Source: Streblomastix strix (lineage: Eukaryota). Taken from it: 38,633 nt of DNA. Location of the stretch: contig SNRW01000030.1 in assembly GCA_008636045.1 (NCBI GenBank), forward strand, positions 1-38,633, written 5' to 3'. This document shows, in pieces, positions 37,856-38,633 of the stretch. Under the pieces are notes generated by a model. It did no database searches. It was not told the DNA's origin and saw only the letters and a program-made list of their open reading frames with translations. The translations under genes and the position numbers were made by a program. The stretch's first letter is position 1. Every line of letters begins with the position of its first letter.

Positions 37856-38290
37856 TCAGACAGATTGGTTTTTTTTTCTTAGTGAAACATAATGAGTCTC
37901 TTAGATAAAACTTATGTGTAATGGAAACTTTTTATAGTCATTGCCAAGATGAGTAATTTGGCCCTTCTCATCATGAACATGAATTGGCACTTCATATTAG
38001 ACACTCATTGCATTGACGCTTTCAGAGCCTCCCCATTCTCCGTCTAACAGATCTCTTATTCTGTCTTCTGCTAATTCTTCTTAATCTAAGATAAAGGGAA
38101 GCATTTTAATATGGTTCAATAGGAAATCAATTGATTCCCTTCTTAGCTGTTCATGATCTTCTTGAGGGCGACCAAACTAGTCGCATAGTGCGCTAAATGA
38201 TATATATATATAAACATTAATATGACCTTTATTATCAATAATTTTATATTCATTTCCCCAAAATTTTCTAAATCGATTATATGCATTATC
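37856..38290 (-). pseudogene. OTU-like cysteine protease/deubiquitinase domain, catalytic Cys motif degraded
   Basis: FSALCDQ..HEQLRRESIDFL..GEWGGSESVNAMSVQYEVPIHV..LHISFIQETHYVSL. The expected DGNC position reads KGHINVYIYIS over a (TA)n run. Confidence 0.65.
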
Positions 38291-38633
38291 TTGAAAGAAG
38301 TTTATTGATTGAATTTTACTTTGTTTGTCATCCAGTTTCAATTAATTTATCCATTTTGGTTTAGAATATTATTAAATTTAATTCAATTTCAGCACTTATT
38401 ATTTTAATCTAGGGGGAAACATTTGAGTAGCTGCTTCATTTGCAATAATATGAACTTAAGACTATGAATTGTTTGTGTTTGGAAGTTATTATAAAAATGA
38501 ATTTGCATTAATATGATTCTACGAAAATTCATTTGTTTCAATTGGTTAAATATTGCCATTTACAAATTCATTATTTTGAACTGATAATACGGAATTTTTT
38601 GAATCAATAAATACTGAATCATCTGTAAAGATT

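Noticed and set aside
37423..38197. Imperfect inverted match tttagcgca...tgcgctaaa as possible MITE ends
   Set aside because: Only ~9 bp are exact, and the right copy is part of the OTU coding frame (FSAL).

Overview
AT-rich eukaryotic DNA with short spliceosomal introns, read in a code where TAA/TAG = Gln and TGA is the only stop (oxymonad/Streblomastix-like by inference), so the supplied standard-code ORF track shows only fragments or antisense shadows. All translations here were done by hand in that code. Four blocks: (1) ~125-21885, a tandem array of five ~2.95-3.0 kb units plus a partial sixth, each with a six-exon F-box-like/SPRY-like gene with hypervariable loops and a second unknown spliced gene fragment. 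(2) 12643-18421, a structurally complete but nonsense-mutated DIRS1-type tyrosine-recombinase retrotransposon inserted in unit 5, with ITRs, ICR, gag, RT/RNase H/MT and YR; gag and YR share one ~5 kb frame that overlaps pol. (3) ~23198-34954, an intronless endogenous Polinton/Maverick-like virus with an AGTAGT terminus and hairpin, probable major capsid protein, packaging ATPase, family B DNA polymerase with an HNH-like insert, an adenovirus protein VI-like amphipathic peptide and two phage-tail-fibre-like genes; it is cut off inside polB by a probable DNA-transposon end. (4) 34955-38633, decayed sequence including a CFAP52/WDR16 pseudogene and an OTU-domain remnant.
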